Below the pieces are notes generated by a model. It searched no databases, was not told where the DNA came from, and worked only from the letters and a program-made list of their open reading frames with translations. A stretch of 60,171 nt of DNA from a virus. Lineage: Duplodnaviria; Caudoviricetes. Both the position numbers and the translations under genes were made by a program. Of the stretch, positions 58,314 to 60,171 are shown piece by piece (position 1 is the stretch's first letter; each line of letters begins with the position of its first letter). The stretch lies in the IMG/VR virus record IMGVR_UViG_3300042887_002054, positions 1-60,171 of that record. The stretch is one strand, 5' to 3'.

Positions 58314-58547
58314 TTATTCAGCCCAACCACTAAATGGATCAACATACTGATGTAATTTATCTGTACTTAATTTCCATTCATCGGTTTTAGTTTTAACCAC
58401 TGCTGTTACCTTATTCATCTTGATTATTATACCGTATTCAGTTCCTGAGTACATACTCATACCTCGATCATTGGTTTCTAAGTAGAATTGAACACGATCA
58501 TTTACTTGAAATATTGGTAATGTTGGTTTTGTAATTTTTTGTTTCAT
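58314..58547 (-). CDS. Early hypothetical protein (SH3/KOW-like)
   Basis: FQVNDRVQF...GIIIKMNKVTAVV pattern. Confidence 0.6.
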   Translation of the reverse strand: MKQKITKPTLPIFQVNDRVQFYLETNDRGMSMYSGTEYGIIIKMNKVTAVVKTKTDEWKLSTDKLHQYVDPFSGWAE

Positions 58548-58583
58548 ATCATTTAATTTTATACCGTGAATATACGATCATGG

Positions 58584-58874
58584 CTATGCCATGACACGTT
58601 TCGGTGTATATTGGTTATTATATTGTTCGATGATCGGTTTCATGTGTGCATCGATCGCATCAGCGTCCGCTTTGGTCTTGTCGCTGGACCAGTTCAACAC
58701 ACACGTGTCATGTGAGCTGCGATGCCAAGTGATCGTATCGTCTGCACTGGTGTAATCGTGTGGAGCGAATAATACGGTACCATCACCTTCATCGTCATGC
58801 ATTTCATACCCTAATGACTCAGCAAACGCGTACGCTGCTTTATTAATTGCGTTTCTAATTTCTTTCTTGTTCAT
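58584..58874 (-). CDS. Early hypothetical protein
   Basis: Own promoter and A-rich leader. Confidence 0.6.
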   Translation of the reverse strand: MNKKEIRNAINKAAYAFAESLGYEMHDDEGDGTVLFAPHDYTSADDTITWHRSSHDTCVLNWSSDKTKADADAIDAHMKPIIEQYNNQYTPKRVMA

Positions 58875-58985
58875 GTTTTAATTTTTATTATACCGTCAAT
58901 GTACGACCTGAACCGTGCCGTCCAAGCAGCAATTGAGCCGGGTTGAAACCCAGCTCGCTCACCATTAAAAATTAAAAGTATGAAC

Positions 58986-59381
58986 CTAATTTAGAGCAAT
59001 ATTGCTCAATATATCTACTGGTACTAGCTCCCCAGTGTATTTTAATCTGGAGCATTCCCATTCAAATTCGTTATTATAAATGTACACGTAATCTACACCG
59101 TAATCCTTCCCCACTGCGTCCAGCTCACTGGTATTCACGTCTCTGGGTTCAACCATACCCCATGGTTCTTTTCGATCGCGATGGAACGCTACGCAGCTGG
59201 TTAGTGTTGCGTCCAGAGAGCTCAGATCCCCTAACTCCATCAATTCAAATACTGCGGACGGTGAAGTGTAATTATCCACTAGCAGCTGACCGTTATGCTC
59301 TGGGTAACCGTCCCAGTGGCAATAAATAATCTTAGTGATCCCATTATCTAAATTCATCCCAATTAATGATCTTGTAGCCAT
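58986..59381 (-). CDS. Conserved-type phage protein (MATRS...YCHWDGYP)
   Basis: MATRSLIG...IYCHWDGYPEHNG...GDLSSL...DYVYIY motif set, common in phage early regions. Confidence 0.75.
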   Translation of the reverse strand: MATRSLIGMNLDNGITKIIYCHWDGYPEHNGQLLVDNYTSPSAVFELMELGDLSSLDATLTSCVAFHRDRKEPWGMVEPRDVNTSELDAVGKDYGVDYVYIYNNEFEWECSRLKYTGELVPVDILSNIALN

Positions 59382-59411
59382 AACTTTTAATTTAATTTTT
59401 ATTTAATAACG

Positions 59412-59443
59412 TGAAGATAAGGCACTTTTTAGTGCCTACCAAC
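59412..59443 (-). promoter_or_regulatory. Bacteroidota-type promoter
   Basis: GTTG-N20-TATCTTCA. Confidence 0.72.
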
Positions 59444-59638
59444 TTAATCTTCAATTTCAATGTCTGAAGCGAAATTTAAATTTTCTCTATCTACATTTTC
59501 AATAAAACAGTTTACCATTTGTTCTTCATCACTTTTGATCGTGTTACAAAACTGGTTAAATTGTTCATCACTTTCGAAATCGTCTTTGGAAAAAATAACT
59601 TTGTAAGTTACAGTTTGTTTCAATACTAGTTCATTCAT
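59444..59638 (-). CDS. Early acidic hypothetical protein
   Basis: Preceded by a perfect TTTG-N20-TATCTTTG promoter. Confidence 0.6.
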   Translation of the reverse strand: MNELVLKQTVTYKVIFSKDDFESDEQFNQFCNTIKSDEEQMVNCFIENVDRENLNFASDIEIED

Positions 59639-59659
59639 ATTTTAATGTTTTAATTAACA

Positions 59660-59691
59660 CAAAGATAAGGTAGGTACTTTGACCTACCAAA
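59660..59691 (-). promoter_or_regulatory. Bacteroidota primary-sigma promoter (-33/-7), perfect consensus
   Basis: TTTG-GTAGGTCAAAGTACCTACCT-TATCTTTG (20-nt spacer). Confidence 0.88.
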
Positions 59692-59693
59692 AC

Positions 59694-59957
59694 TTATACA
59701 TCACCTAAGTTAATAATTACTACTTTAGGTCCAATATAAGTTTCTTCACCTGTTTCTTCATCTTCCTCATAACATTCATCCCACTCCATTTCAGAATCAT
59801 CAACCCCAGAATAACCACTATCATCAAACGGTGTATCTAAACTAATAGATTTAATGGGTGATTTGTAAGTGAAGTCTGATGGGTCAGTTGACTGACATAA
59901 AACTTGGGTTTGAGGATCAAATGTGTTTAATTGATCGATTAATTCTTTAACTGTCAT
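59694..59957 (-). CDS. Early acidic hypothetical protein (MTVKELIxxL type)
   Basis: Typical phage N-terminus and its own promoter. Confidence 0.65.
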   Translation of the reverse strand: MTVKELIDQLNTFDPQTQVLCQSTDPSDFTYKSPIKSISLDTPFDDSGYSGVDDSEMEWDECYEEDEETGEETYIGPKVVIINLGDV

Positions 59958-59979
59958 ATTTTAATGTTTTAATTATACA

Positions 59980-60011
59980 TCAATATACACATATAATTTT
60001 GACACTACAAA
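59980..60011 (-). promoter_or_regulatory. Bacteroidota-type promoter
   Basis: TTTG-N20-TATATTGA. Confidence 0.75.
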
Positions 60012-60171
60012 TAAACATGTTGATTTACTTTATGCAGACTACTTACTCTCAACTCACGGTACCAGGCGAATTCGTCTGGGCGATCAGCTGGGTCACTAGT
60101 AGTGAACGATACTCGCGTACCGTACTCCAAGTTGATCGGCTCACCTTGCACTCGCATCCCGAATATAAACG

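Noticed and set aside
58930-58965. tRNA-like T-arm sequence GGGTTTCAACCC
   Set aside because: No D-arm, anticodon arm or acceptor stem could be built. No tRNA was recognised in the window.
1-60171. Stop-codon reassignment as seen in some large phages
   Set aside because: Core genes are intact in the standard code, and TAG ends genes cleanly (for example PhoH and 13304, 38397).

Overview
AT-rich segment of a large T4-like myovirus, with essentially all genes on the minus strand in the standard genetic code. Read in the direction of transcription (right to left) it contains: small early genes each with its own promoter, a gp55-like late sigma factor, a baseplate/tail module with a GH19 endolysin, a glycosylation island, primase and exonuclease, a long block of probable internal-head proteins, and the head module (terminase, portal, prohead protease, scaffold, gp23-type major capsid protein, PhoH, neck). 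About a dozen TTTG-N20-TAnnTT promoters point to a Bacteroidota host. The three main signals are: (1) a GT60-type polypeptide HexNAc-transferase, a GT34 and a methyltransferase/GT gene flanked by two Thr/Pro-rich mucin-like structural proteins, the whole block apparently splitting a baseplate gene, which suggests phage-encoded mucin-type O-glycosylation of the virion; (2) short shared peptide tags (MIKLxD/ExLxE, RMQxLAGI, LKxxIRE) on many unrelated proteins and enzymes, consistent with a modular capsid-loading and protease-release system; (3) about 18 copies of a late-promoter motif that is the reverse complement of the T4 late promoter. All family assignments come from motif recognition by eye, not from database searches.
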